A DNA stretch of 36,120 nucleotides from a virus (lineage: Duplodnaviria > Caudoviricetes). The notes below the pieces were generated by a model. It searched no databases. It had not been told where the DNA came from and saw only the letters and a program-made list of their open reading frames with translations. The first letter of the stretch is position 1. Each line of letters starts with the position of its first letter. Location of the stretch: positions 1 to 36,120 of the IMG/VR virus record IMGVR_UViG_3300025875_000069; one strand, written 5' to 3'. The position numbers and the translations under genes are program-made. Positions 24,461 to 34,372 of this stretch are shown one piece after another.

Positions 24461-24750
24461 GCACCGCGGTGCTCATCGCCAGCACGATGGGGGAGGGGAG
24501 GAGCTGGCTGGCCGACCAGCCAGCCCCACCCGCGAGGGTCGTCATCGTCACGCCCCGATCGCCGAACGCCGCCCGCGGCTACACCGCGGACGCCGTCCTC
24601 ATCACGCCAGCAGCACGGCAGCTACCGGCGGACGTCCGGCAGCGGCTAGTCGCTTCCGCTCTGCCCTGCGTCATGGTCGACCGAGCAGGCCAAGGCGCGG
24701 TGTACTGGGACGGCGAGCTAGACCGCTGGGCAGCGACCGCTCAGAACTGA
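24457..24750 (+). CDS. Hypothetical protein with degenerate terminase Walker-B-like segment (97 aa)
   Basis: GTGA overlap; AARGYTADAVLITPAARQL. Confidence 0.55.
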   Translation: MSTAVLIASTMGEGRSWLADQPAPPARVVIVTPRSPNAARGYTADAVLITPAARQLPADVRQRLVASALPCVMVDRAGQGAVYWDGELDRWAATAQN

Positions 24751-24781
24751 GCGGTCGCACCCCTCGCCTACCGTCGACCGG

Positions 24782-25045
24782 GTGCACCTGCAGCGCGTCC
24801 CGGACGAGCGGCTCGAAGAGGAGCTGGGCAAGGTCACCGATCCGCGAGAGCCTGCCGTGCCCGTCGAGGTCTACCTGGGCCTCGACGCTCGCTGGTGGGA
24901 CGGCGAGCTGCACGGCTGGGCGCCCAACCCGCAGGGGGACGACGGCTCCCTGCGCGGCCTGGTCGTCGCCCCGCGCGAGTACGCGGCCGGCTTCTGGGTC
25001 GAGTACATCGGCTGGGTCACCCCGGAGCGGCTGCGCCAGCGCTGA
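24782..25045 (+). CDS. Hypothetical protein (87 aa), probably leaderless
   Basis: TACCGT -10 box 7 nt before the GTG; beta-rich WWDGELHGW...WVTPERLR. Confidence 0.6.
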   Translation: MHLQRVPDERLEEELGKVTDPREPAVPVEVYLGLDARWWDGELHGWAPNPQGDDGSLRGLVVAPREYAAGFWVEYIGWVTPERLRQR

Positions 25046-25086
25046 CATCGACGTCGAGCCCCGGTGCCCGATGCCACGATGGGGTC

Positions 25087-25749
25087 ATGACGGGCGACCG
25101 GACTCAGCATGTCCTCGACGCGATCGACGGCGCCCTGGCCGACGCGGCCGTCTCCCCCGACGCCATGCGCTGGACGCCCGAGGAGGCGGGCAGTCGAGAC
25201 GCCGGTGACCGTCCCGGGGCCCCGATCTTCGGGCATCGGCCCGACTGCTCGATCGTGCACGAGTACGTCGACCGACCGCCGTCCTGCCAGTGCGGTGCGC
25301 TCGATCGAGCCTGGCGCTCCATCGCCGGCGGCCCCGCCATCGACTGGCAGGCCGACCCGCTGCCTCAGCCCCGGCAGAACGGCCGCGCGTCCATCCACAT
25401 CAGCGGCCCGGTCTACTACGTCGACGAGGTGACCGACCTGCCGTCGCTGGTGCCGTGGCAGCAGCACGTCGCCGACGTCGTGCTCGAGCCGGCCCTGAGG
25501 TACTGGCACCAGACGATCGACCGTCTCGTCCTCCAGGGCGGCCGTGGCTTCGGGCGGACCGCACGGCTGGCCGCGCTGCTCGACAGGCACGAGTCGAGCT
25601 GGCGTCGCCTGTGGTCGAACCAGCTGGTGGTCGACGGGCCCGACGACGAGGACTTGCGGGTCCGGGCGCTCAGGCTGCGCCGGCAGCGCGGTACCGGCCC
25701 GGGCCGGGCGCCGGCCGGCCAGCAGAAGCGGCCACGCTCCCTGACGTGA
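25087..25749 (+). CDS. Hypothetical protein with degenerate terminase Q-motif/Walker-A-like segment (220 aa)
   Basis: VLDAIDGALAD..VSPDAMRW N-terminus; PWQQHVADV...LVLQGGRGFGRT. Confidence 0.65.
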   Translation: MTGDRTQHVLDAIDGALADAAVSPDAMRWTPEEAGSRDAGDRPGAPIFGHRPDCSIVHEYVDRPPSCQCGALDRAWRSIAGGPAIDWQADPLPQPRQNGRASIHISGPVYYVDEVTDLPSLVPWQQHVADVVLEPALRYWHQTIDRLVLQGGRGFGRTARLAALLDRHESSWRRLWSNQLVVDGPDDEDLRVRALRLRRQRGTGPGRAPAGQQKRPRSLT

Positions 25750-25892
25750 CCGGGCCAGTGCCGTTGCTGTCGTGACGCAACGGCACCACCGGGACAGGGG
25801 AGGCGCAGTGGCCGGCTGCAGTGTGCGTTCGGGCCGCTGAGCTGTGTACCTTCCGACCCGTCGCGGTGACGCATGCCCAGGGGCAGGTGATC

Positions 25893-26198
25893 ATGCCCGC
25901 GGCTTCCCGCTCCCCCGGCCGTTCCGGCCACGCCTGGCGCCTCCTGGTCGCCCACGTCCGCCGTCAGGTCGAGCGCTACGGCCTCGCCTGCGCCTGGTGC
26001 TTCGAGCCCTTCGACCTCGCCATCGCGTGGCCGGATCCGCGCAGCTTCAGCGTCGACCACGTCATCGCCCTGGACAACGGCGGCGACCCACTGGACCCGG
26101 CCAACGCCGTGCCGATGCACCTGGGCTGCAACAGCAGCAAGGGCACCCGGCCGCTGACAGCCCGGCCAGCTCCCCTGAACACCGACCGCGCCTGGTGA
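25893..26198 (+). CDS. HNH endonuclease, packaging-associated (101 aa)
   Basis: CAWC...SVDHVIAL..GG...N..PMHLGCNSSKG; upstream of terS. Confidence 0.9.
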   Translation: MPAASRSPGRSGHAWRLLVAHVRRQVERYGLACAWCFEPFDLAIAWPDPRSFSVDHVIALDNGGDPLDPANAVPMHLGCNSSKGTRPLTARPAPLNTDRAW

Positions 26199-26511
26199 AG
26201 ACCACCCGAGCGCGGCCGGTCACCACCTCCTAACGACCTCCTAATCGGAGCAGCAGTTAGGAGCACAGACCGTGTCACCCGGCCCCGCTGGCCGACGTGA
26301 GCTCGCAGCCATCCGAGACACCTTCACCCCGCCCGTGGGGAACCGCTCGGTGATCGGCATGCGCAGCACGTGGGCCCTACAGCGGGGCCGGGTGGCACGC
26401 CCTACCGCGTGCCACCCGGCGTCAGCGCGACGTCGAGCGTCAACACCCACCCCAGCGGGCGCCTGTAGGCCGGCCGGGTGGCACGCACCTCTCCACCTCG
26501 AGGAGGACACC

Positions 26512-26682
26512 GTGGCCACGACCCTCCGCACCGCAGCCGCTCCCGCGCCGCTGCGCACCGCAGCTGCGATCAGCCGCATGGAAGCTGCGATCACGCGCTG
26601 CCTGCGGCACCCGCGGTACGTCCTCGCCTCCTGCGACACCTGCCGGGCCGCACAGACGGCCCGGCTCACCGCCCGCCGCTGA
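26512..26682 (+). CDS. Small basic protein (56 aa)
   Basis: GAGGAGG RBS then GTG; C-x2-H-x7-C-x2-C. Confidence 0.6.
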   Translation: MATTLRTAAAPAPLRTAAAISRMEAAITRCLRHPRYVLASCDTCRAAQTARLTARR

Positions 26683-26767
26683 GCCCGATGACCTTCGTGC
26701 TCGTCGACGCGATCGCCGCCGCCGCGGTGCTGATGATCATCGCCGCCGCTGTCCGGCCGGCGCCCAA

Positions 26768-26830
26768 GTTGATCTTTAGGCACCCCGGGGCCGGGGACCC
26801 GTCCCCGGTCTCCTTTTTCTCCCCCGGCCG
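26768..26830. other. Candidate cos/packaging-initiation region
   Basis: Between HNH and terS; T-rich tracts (GATCTTTAGG, TCTCCTTTTTCTCCCCC) flank a GC hairpin CCGGGGAC/GTCCCCGG; positional inference. Confidence 0.45.
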
Positions 26831-26886
26831 CCGTACGTCTGTACGGCGGTACGGCGACCTGACCACCGGGGGAGGGGAGCAGCACC

Positions 26887-27429
26887 ATGGCCAAGGCCTG
26901 CGACCGCGAGCGCTGCCCCTCCCGCGCCGACGTCGACGACGCGAAGACCACCGAGTACCGCAAGGGCTGCCGGCTCACCCCGTGCACCCGCGCCAACTCC
27001 CTCGACACCCAGCGGCGCCGGGCCGCCAAGGCCGCGAAGCAGCCAGAGACCGCCGCCGCGCTGACGCTGGTGACAAGCCACCTGGTGCCCCCGGCGGCCG
27101 AGGACGACGTCGACGAGGACGACCAGGTCGACACCGCCCCTGACACCTGGGGCGCCTTCGACATCGTCGCCGCGGTGCGCGCCGACCTGGCCGCCATCGA
27201 GCCGACCCACCCGATGCACCGCTCGCTGTCCGCGATCGCCATGACGCTGGCCAACCAGCTGCAGATGGCCGCCGGCGTGATCACCCCCTCCGCCCGTGGG
27301 GCCGCCAGCCAGCTGCAGGCGACGCTGCAGCTGCTCGCCCCGGCCAAGAAGGACGGCGCCGAGCTCGACGAGATCCTCGCCGAGCTGCTCGCCGACGATG
27401 ACGATGACGACGCTCAGCCGGCCGGCTGA
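26887..27429 (+). CDS. terS: Terminase small subunit (180 aa)
   Basis: GGAGG RBS; overlaps terL; YRKGCR..PC..AN N-terminus; helical C-terminus AASQLQATLQLL...LDEIL. Confidence 0.75.
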   Translation: MAKACDRERCPSRADVDDAKTTEYRKGCRLTPCTRANSLDTQRRRAAKAAKQPETAAALTLVTSHLVPPAAEDDVDEDDQVDTAPDTWGAFDIVAAVRADLAAIEPTHPMHRSLSAIAMTLANQLQMAAGVITPSARGAASQLQATLQLLAPAKKDGAELDEILAELLADDDDDDAQPAG

Positions 27430-28915
27430 CTGCCCGCCCCGCTACGGCACTCCCCGCGACCTGTCCCGCAAGAGCATCGGGCGCCGCTGGGCCAAGGTCG
27501 CCAAGGCGCTGGGCATGCCGATGATGCCGTGGCAGCGCCGGGTCGCCGACGTCGCCGGCGAGATCGACCCGGAGACCGGCGGTCTGTACTACCGCGAGGT
27601 CGTCATCACCGTCCCCCGCCAGTCGGGGAAGACCAGCCTGATCCTGCCGGTCGCCGTCGACCGCGGGATCGTGCCGTGGACGCAGGGCCGGCAGCGCAGC
27701 GTCTACGCAGCCCAGACCCGCACCGACGCCCGCACCAAGCTCGTCGAGGAGCAGTTCGAGATCCTCGGCGGCTCCCCGCTGTCGGGCTTCATCCGCGGCG
27801 AGATGCGCAAGGCCGCCGGCACCGAGGGCATCACCTGGCGCAACGGCTCCCGTCACGGGCTGATGGCCACGAAGAAGACCTCCGGCCACGGCCGGACCAT
27901 CGACCTGGCCATCCTCGACGAGTTCTTCGCCCAGATCGACGACCGCCTCGAGCAAGCCGTCCGACCGGCGATGATCACCCGTCCGTCCGCCCAGCTGTGG
28001 GTCGTCTCCACCGCTGGGGACTCGACGTCGTTCCCGCTCCGCTCGAAGGTCGACCGCGGCCGCGAGCGCGCGCTGGCCGGCGAGCACGGGCGCATCGCCT
28101 ACTTCGAGTGGTCCGCCGACGAGGACGTCGACCTCGACGACCCCTCCACCTGGTGGTCGTTCATGCCGGCACTCGGCCACACCCAGACCGAGGCTGCGGT
28201 CGCCGTCGAGCGCGCCGGCATCCCCGACGACGAGTTCCGGCGCGCCTTCGGCAACCAGTGGCGCGACGGCATCAGCGTGCTGCAGGCCATCCCGGCCGAG
28301 GACTGGAAAGCCTGCGCAGACGTGGCCGGCCAGATCCGAGAGGACGGCACGGTCAGCACCGGCGCCGCCCCGGACGGGCGGGTCGCCTTCGCCTTCCACG
28401 TCAACGCCGAGTCCTCAGCGGCCTCGATCGCCGTGGCCGGCCGCACCGCGGCGGGCAACCCCACCGCGCAGGTCATCGACAACCGACCCGGCACCAGCTG
28501 GGTCATCCCCCGGCTGGCGGAGCTCCAGGGCCGCTGGTCGCCCCTGGCCACCGCCTTCAACCCGGTCAGCCAGACCGGCGCGCTGCTCAACGAGGCGATC
28601 GCCGCCAAGATCGAGCCGCTGATCGCCGCGCAGGCACGCGACTACGCCGCGGCCTGCGGTGCCCTCTACAACGCAGCCACCGCCCAGCCCGCTGACGGCG
28701 GGGTCCTGCTCCCTCCGGTCTTCCGGCACCGCGACCAGGGCGTGCTCAACGCCGCGCTGGCCGGCGCCGGCAAGCGCCGCCTGGGCGACGCCTGGGCCTG
28801 GGAAGAGCGCGGCACCACCGTCGACATCTCCCCGCTGATCGCCGTGACCTTGGCCAGCTGGGCCCACGACCGCGAAGCGGTCAACGACATCGACCTGCTC
28901 CAGACCATCTGGTGA
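27404..28915 (+). CDS. terL: Terminase large subunit (about 503 aa)
   Basis: PWQ motif; Walker A VPRQSGKT; Walker B LAILDE; coupling motif VSTAG; C-terminal DISPLIA; start may be 27398. Confidence 0.95.
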   Translation: MTTLSRPADCPPRYGTPRDLSRKSIGRRWAKVAKALGMPMMPWQRRVADVAGEIDPETGGLYYREVVITVPRQSGKTSLILPVAVDRGIVPWTQGRQRSVYAAQTRTDARTKLVEEQFEILGGSPLSGFIRGEMRKAAGTEGITWRNGSRHGLMATKKTSGHGRTIDLAILDEFFAQIDDRLEQAVRPAMITRPSAQLWVVSTAGDSTSFPLRSKVDRGRERALAGEHGRIAYFEWSADEDVDLDDPSTWWSFMPALGHTQTEAAVAVERAGIPDDEFRRAFGNQWRDGISVLQAIPAEDWKACADVAGQIREDGTVSTGAAPDGRVAFAFHVNAESSAASIAVAGRTAAGNPTAQVIDNRPGTSWVIPRLAELQGRWSPLATAFNPVSQTGALLNEAIAAKIEPLIAAQARDYAAACGALYNAATAQPADGGVLLPPVFRHRDQGVLNAALAGAGKRRLGDAWAWEERGTTVDISPLIAVTLASWAHDREAVNDIDLLQTIW

Positions 28916-28928
28916 GAGGAGACCCGCC

Positions 28929-29135
28929 ATGACCCGACTCCGTACCGGCCTGCGCCGCCGCGTGGCCACCCTGGCCCTCGCGGCCGCGGCCCCGGCGGGC
29001 CGCCTGCTCCGTGGGCTGCCCGGGCTGGTGGCTATGCTCTGCGCCGTCGCCGGCGTGGGGCTGATGCTCGGCGCCGGCGCCGCACTGCTCGCCGCGGTGC
29101 CGTTCCTGCTCGCGCTCGACAACCGGGCCACCTGA
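28929..29135 (+). CDS. Small membrane protein between terL and portal (68 aa)
   Basis: GAGGAG RBS; two hydrophobic helices; stop overlaps the portal start. Confidence 0.7.
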   Translation: MTRLRTGLRRRVATLALAAAAPAGRLLRGLPGLVAMLCAVAGVGLMLGAGAALLAAVPFLLALDNRAT

Positions 29136-30340
29136 TGGGCCTGTTCACCGGTGGCCGCGCACAGCGGTCGGCCGGCCTGACCTCCGTCATCGACGCAGCG
29201 ACCGGCGGCCGCGGACGCGGCACCGGCGGCTCCCCGGTCCCGGTCGGCTGGTCCGGCGCCCAGGCCATCCCGGCCGCGCTGGACGCGGTCCGGCTCCGGC
29301 ACGACCTCATCGCCACCATGCCGGTGCAGGTGTTCCGGACGACCAAGAGCGGCCGGCCCAAGCGCATCGACACCCCCGACGTGCTGCGGCAGCCCGGCTA
29401 CGCCGGCGCCCCTGGCAACCTGGGCATCATCAGCTGGCTGGCCGCCAGCCAGAAGAGCCTGGACCTGCGCGGCAACGCCTACGGGATCATCGTCGACCGG
29501 GACGGCCGCGGCCGGCCCACGCAGATCGAGCTGCAGCACCCCGACGTCGTCCGCCCGGTCATCAACCAGGCCGGCCAGCTGATCTACCGGATCGCCGGCA
29601 AGCCGTACGAGCCCCGCGACGTCTGGCACGAGGTCAGCCACGACGAGCCCGGCTCCCCGGTCGGGCTCTCCCCGATCGCGGCGGCCGCCCGCTCGCTGGG
29701 CATCCAGCTGGCCGCCGAGCAGTTCGGCGCGGACTTCTTCCGCGACGGCGCGCACCCCACGGCGATGCTGACCAACGACAAGAAGGACACCGTCGACCAG
29801 GCCACCGCGCAGGTGGTCAAGGCCCGGTTCATGGCCTCGGTCAACGGCAACCGCGAGCCGGTCGTCCTGGGCAACGGGTGGAGCTACGCGGCGCTGTCGG
29901 TCGCCCCGAACGAGTCCCAGTTCCTGGAGACGCTGCAGGACGGCGTGAACCAGGTCGCCCGGATCTTCAACGTCCCCACCGAGCTGATCGGCGGCGGCGC
30001 CAGCGGGTCCTCCCTCACGTACGCCAACCGCTCCGACCGCGCCCTGGACTTCCTCACCTACCGGCTGAACCCGGCCGTCGTCCGCCGCGAGACGGCGCTG
30101 GGGCAGCTGGTCGGCCCGGACGAGTTCGTGAAGCTCAACCGTGCCGCCCTGCTGGCCACCGACCTGCTCACCCGCTACCGCAGCTACGAGATCGGGCTGC
30201 GCAACGCCGTGCTGTCCCTCGACGAGGTCTGGGACCTCGAGGACCGCGAGCCGCTCACCCCCGAGCAGCTCGCCGCGCTCAAGGACGCCGGCCTGCTCGG
30301 CAAGCCGACCACCGCCCCGACCCCCGCCACGGAGAAGTGA
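29135..30340 (+). CDS. Portal protein, HK97 family (401 aa)
   Basis: LRGNAY, GLSPI, FFRDGAHP, ESQFLE, VARIFNVP. Confidence 0.95.
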   Translation: MGLFTGGRAQRSAGLTSVIDAATGGRGRGTGGSPVPVGWSGAQAIPAALDAVRLRHDLIATMPVQVFRTTKSGRPKRIDTPDVLRQPGYAGAPGNLGIISWLAASQKSLDLRGNAYGIIVDRDGRGRPTQIELQHPDVVRPVINQAGQLIYRIAGKPYEPRDVWHEVSHDEPGSPVGLSPIAAAARSLGIQLAAEQFGADFFRDGAHPTAMLTNDKKDTVDQATAQVVKARFMASVNGNREPVVLGNGWSYAALSVAPNESQFLETLQDGVNQVARIFNVPTELIGGGASGSSLTYANRSDRALDFLTYRLNPAVVRRETALGQLVGPDEFVKLNRAALLATDLLTRYRSYEIGLRNAVLSLDEVWDLEDREPLTPEQLAALKDAGLLGKPTTAPTPATEK

Positions 30341-31137
30341 TGTCCACGAAGCTGCTCAACGCCGTCCAGGCGGCCGAGGCGCGTGCCGCCTCCACCCGCA
30401 CCCCGGGCGACCGTCCCTCGGCCCGCCGCGGCGCGGCCGCCGCCGACGCCCCGGCGCTGGTCCGCATGCCGCTCACCAAGGTCGAGTTCCGCGCCGCCGG
30501 CGAGGGCTCCAACGAGCTGACCTTCGACGGCATCGCCTGCGCCTACGAGCGGTCCTACGAGATGTGGGACATGTGGGGTCCGTACACCGAGGTGGTGTCC
30601 GCTGGCGCCGGCGCGACGACCCTCTCCCGCTCCCCCGACGTCGCGTTCCTGCTCAACCACCGCGGCATGACGCTGGCGCGCACCAAGAGCGGCACCCTGA
30701 CCCTGTCCGAGGAGGACGAGGGCCTGCGCTCGATCGCCTCCCTCGACGCCCGGATCACCGACGTCCGCAACATCCAGATCGCCGTCGAGCGCGGCGACCT
30801 CGACGAGATGTCCTTCGCCTTCCGGATCACCCGCGGCAAGTGGTCCCCGGACTACTCCGAGTACCGGATCGAGGAGTACGACCTGGACCGCGGCGACGTC
30901 TCCGTCGTCAACTTCGGGGCCAACCCGCACACCTCCGCGGCGCTGCGCTCCGGCCAGGTCCTCGCTGCGCTGGCCGAGCTCGACGACGAGGACCTCGAGC
31001 GGGCCCAGGCGGCGATCGCCAGCCGCCGCAGCCTGCGGGCCGAAGGCGGTCCAGTGTCCGGGATGGGTGCCGGCGAACTCGCCGCGCTGCTCACCCAGTG
31101 CGCCCGGCACCCGCTTGCAGCCCGCTTCGGCATCTGA
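30340..31137 (+). CDS. Prohead protease, HK97 family (265 aa)
   Basis: FLLNH, LARTKSGTLTLSEEDEGL, GDLDEMSFAF, DVSVVNFGANP. Confidence 0.92.
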   Translation: MSTKLLNAVQAAEARAASTRTPGDRPSARRGAAAADAPALVRMPLTKVEFRAAGEGSNELTFDGIACAYERSYEMWDMWGPYTEVVSAGAGATTLSRSPDVAFLLNHRGMTLARTKSGTLTLSEEDEGLRSIASLDARITDVRNIQIAVERGDLDEMSFAFRITRGKWSPDYSEYRIEEYDLDRGDVSVVNFGANPHTSAALRSGQVLAALAELDDEDLERAQAAIASRRSLRAEGGPVSGMGAGELAALLTQCARHPLAARFGI

Positions 31138-31364
31138 CTTCTCGGCTATGAACTAGCCGCTGACCTGCGGCGACGCTCATAACTCGGCCATCTCGGCGCA
31201 TACCCGCGAGCCTTCACAGAATGCCGATGACCGCTGGCAAGACTCCGTAACCGGTGAGCGCTGCGTCTTCTCGACTGCTCGTTTCTGAGCAGTCGGCGGC
31301 GACTCCGCCCGGACGCTCGCCTGATCCCCAGGGGCGCGACCACCCGATTACGAGAGGCACTGCC

Positions 31365-32837
31365 ATGAATCCGGAGCAGATCCGCGCCGCCATCCGCGAC
31401 CAGCTCGCGCTGCGCAGCACCCACGAGGCGACCGTCGGCGACGTCCAGGCTGCCATCGGCACCGGTACGGCGACCGAGGAGCAGACCACCCAGCTGCGCG
31501 AGGCCCGCACCTCCATCGCCGCCGTGGACACCACGATCGACGGGCTGTCGGCCGAACTGTCCGCGGCTGAGGACGGCGAGCGCCGCGAGGCCCGCGCCGC
31601 CCAGCTGCGCCGCGAGCTCGTCCCCGCCGGCACCGACCAGCGGGCCGAGCGCCCCGCCGGCGGCGCCCGGGTCACCGGCGAGGAGCGCACCTACACCCGG
31701 GAGAAGAGCTCCCGCGGTCAGGCCAGCTTCTTCGTCGACCAGTACCGGATGACCCACCAGGGCGACATGACCGCCCGCGCCCGGCTGGAGCGGCACGCTC
31801 AGGAGGCCGTCGTCGAGGGTCACGCGCTCTCCGAGCGCGCCGCCGGCACAGGCAGCTTCGCCGGCCTGGTCGTCCCGCAGTACCTCATCAACCTGGCCGC
31901 CCCCGTGCTGCGCACCGGTCGCCCCGTCGCCAACGCGGTGCAGCGGCTCCCGCTGCCGGAACAGGGCATGACCCTGGTCATCCCCCGCGGCTCCACCAGC
32001 GCCACGGTCGCATCGCAGGCGCAGGAGAACACCCCGGTCGCCAACAGCGACCCGGAGTACAACAACCTCCTGGTCCCCGTCGTCACCGTCGCCGGCGACC
32101 AGGACGTCTCCCGTCAGTCGCTCGAGCGCGGGGCACCCGGCATCGACGAGATGGTCTACCTCGACCTCGCTGCCTCGTTCCATGCCGAGGTCGACCGCCA
32201 GGCCCTGAACGGCAGCGGCGTCGGCAACCAGATGCTCGGCATGCTCCAGACCGCCGGCCGGCTGAAGGCCAGCGCCTACGGCAAGGCCATCACCGCCGGC
32301 GCCTACAACCGCAAGGTCGCCGGCGGCATCGCCAGCATGGGCGGCAACACCCGGATCCAGCCCAACCTGGTGATCGCCCACCCCCGCCGCTGGGGGTGGC
32401 TGACCAGCGGCGAGGACAGCACGGGGCGCCCCCTGGTCGTACCGGGCGTGGGTGGTCCGATGAACGTCATCGCGCTGAACAGCAACCCGGGCAGCTACGG
32501 CGCCTCCGGTGACGGCACGGAGACCGAGTCTTTCACCACGCAGGGCTCGATCCAGGGGCTGCCGCTGCTCACGGACGGCAACGTGCCCACGAACGTCGGC
32601 GACAACGGCGAGGACGCCTCGGTGGTCATCGACCGCCGGAACTGCCTGCTGTGGGAGGAGGGCGACGGCCAGCCGCGGCAGCTGCGGTTCGAGCAGACGG
32701 GCGGCAACACCCTGACGGTCAAGCTGGTCGTCTACGGCTACGCCGCCTTCACCTCCGGTCGCTACCCGACGGCTGCCGCTCAGATCGGCGGCGTCGACAC
32801 CGAGGCCGGGTTCGGCCAGGTCACGCCGGAGTTCTGA
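31365..32837 (+). CDS. Major capsid protein, HK97 fold with N-terminal scaffold region (490 aa)
   Basis: GAGAGG RBS; helical N-terminus; [31 protein letters not shown]. Confidence 0.92.
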   Translation: MNPEQIRAAIRDQLALRSTHEATVGDVQAAIGTGTATEEQTTQLREARTSIAAVDTTIDGLSAELSAAEDGERREARAAQLRRELVPAGTDQRAERPAGGARVTGEERTYTREKSSRGQASFFVDQYRMTHQGDMTARARLERHAQEAVVEGHALSERAAGTGSFAGLVVPQYLINLAAPVLRTGRPVANAVQRLPLPEQGMTLVIPRGSTSATVASQAQENTPVANSDPEYNNLLVPVVTVAGDQDVSRQSLERGAPGIDEMVYLDLAASFHAEVDRQALNGSGVGNQMLGMLQTAGRLKASAYGKAITAGAYNRKVAGGIASMGGNTRIQPNLVIAHPRRWGWLTSGEDSTGRPLVVPGVGGPMNVIALNSNPGSYGASGDGTETESFTTQGSIQGLPLLTDGNVPTNVGDNGEDASVVIDRRNCLLWEEGDGQPRQLRFEQTGGNTLTVKLVVYGYAAFTSGRYPTAAAQIGGVDTEAGFGQVTPEF

Positions 32838-32850
32838 GCCAGCCGCTCAC

Positions 32851-32891
32851 GCGGTGGGGCGCCCGAGGACAAGTCCTGAGCGCCCCACCGC
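32851..32891 (+). terminator. Hairpin after the capsid gene (terminator or mRNA-stabilising element)
   Basis: GCGGTGGGGCGC ... GCGCCCCACCGC 12-bp stem with inner AGGAC/GTCCT; no U-tract. Confidence 0.55.
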
Positions 32892-32926
32892 TCGCTCAGC
32901 CCGTCGAGCCGCCCAGGAGGCAGCAC

Positions 32927-33292
<366 letters not shown>

Positions 33293-33347
33293 GCGACGAC
33301 GTCGCGGCCGCGCCCCGAACCGACACAAGAAGGGGAGGGGAGCGGCC

Positions 33348-33878
33348 GTGACCGTGACCATCGAGGACCTCGCCGAGCACATGCAGACGTCGGTGCCGGC
33401 CGAGCCGGCCAAGGCCGCCGAGATGCAGCGCATGCTCGACGCCGCGCTGGAGCGGGTCACCGCCGAGTGCGGCGCCGTGGCCGGGAGCTCGTCGACCGTC
33501 CCCGTCGTCTCCACCGGTGGGCCGGTGCTGCTGCTGCCCGTCGTCCGTGCCGACGCCATCACCGCCGTGCTCGACCCCGACGGCAACCCGGTCACCCCGG
33601 TGGCCACCGACCCGTTCACCGGCATCGTCGAGGTGCCCACCGGCCGCCGCGGCACCTGGCGGATCACCGTCGACTTCGGCTCGATGCCGGCCTCCCTCGA
33701 GCTCGCTGCGCTGATCATCGCCGCGCACCTGTACGGCACCCAGCGCGTGCCCGGAGCCGGGCGGAACACCGCCGGACCCATGGCCGCTGGCCAGCAGGCC
33801 GGAGCCGGGGCCGGCTACGCCATCCCGAACCGCGCCGACGCCCTCATGGCGCCGTACCGCCTGCCCGGGATCGCGTGA
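33348..33878 (+). CDS. Head-to-tail adaptor (176 aa)
   Basis: VTIEDLAEHM...MLDAALE...PASLELAALIIAAHLY...LMAPYR; position after the capsid. Confidence 0.8.
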   Translation: MTVTIEDLAEHMQTSVPAEPAKAAEMQRMLDAALERVTAECGAVAGSSSTVPVVSTGGPVLLLPVVRADAITAVLDPDGNPVTPVATDPFTGIVEVPTGRRGTWRITVDFGSMPASLELAALIIAAHLYGTQRVPGAGRNTAGPMAAGQQAGAGAGYAIPNRADALMAPYRLPGIA

Positions 33879-34351
33879 CCGCCGCGGCCGCGATGGCGTC
33901 CCCAGTGGTCGCAGCGATCGTCGCCGCGGCGGCCTCGGCGATGACCGGCCCGCTGGACGACGTCGTCGTCCTGGACTCGATCGACCCGGCGCAGGCCTAC
34001 GCGGCCCGGTCGCTGACCATCGGCGGGGCCTTCGACGAGGACCTCGGGCTGAACGGCGTCGAGGCCGTGCTGACCTCCACCAGCGAGCGCGGCGCCGGAC
34101 GGCGGATCGAGGAGACCACCTCGGTCGCCTGCGTGGCCTACGCCGGCGGCGGCGACCTGGACCTGCCCGGCTACCGGGCTCAGGCCGGCGCCATCGTCAC
34201 CGCGCTGCGCGGCGCGCTCCGCCAGCTGACCGCCGTCGATGGCGTCCCGGCCCGCGCCCAGCTGACCGACCAGGCCTGGCTGCAGATGCGCACCGACAAC
34301 GGCGACGGCGTGATCGTCGACCTCACCGTGCTGGTCACCAGCCTGCCCTGA
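33875..34351 (+). CDS. Neck protein (tail terminator-like), 158 aa
   Basis: GTGA overlap; between adaptor and major tail. Confidence 0.65.
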   Translation: MTAAAAMASPVVAAIVAAAASAMTGPLDDVVVLDSIDPAQAYAARSLTIGGAFDEDLGLNGVEAVLTSTSERGAGRRIEETTSVACVAYAGGGDLDLPGYRAQAGAIVTALRGALRQLTAVDGVPARAQLTDQAWLQMRTDNGDGVIVDLTVLVTSLP

Positions 34352-34372
34352 CCCACGCAGGAGGTGCACCCG

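Noticed and set aside
26321-26345. CCTTCACCCCGCCCGTGGGGAACCG as a solitary type I-E CRISPR repeat (Racr-like)
   Set aside because: Several bases shorter than a real repeat, single copy, and such GC hairpins arise easily at this base composition
26688-27143. ORF starting MTFVLVDAIAAAAVLMII
   Set aside because: No clear RBS; runs through the candidate cos region and overlaps terS out of frame; only the short hydrophobic start looks protein-like
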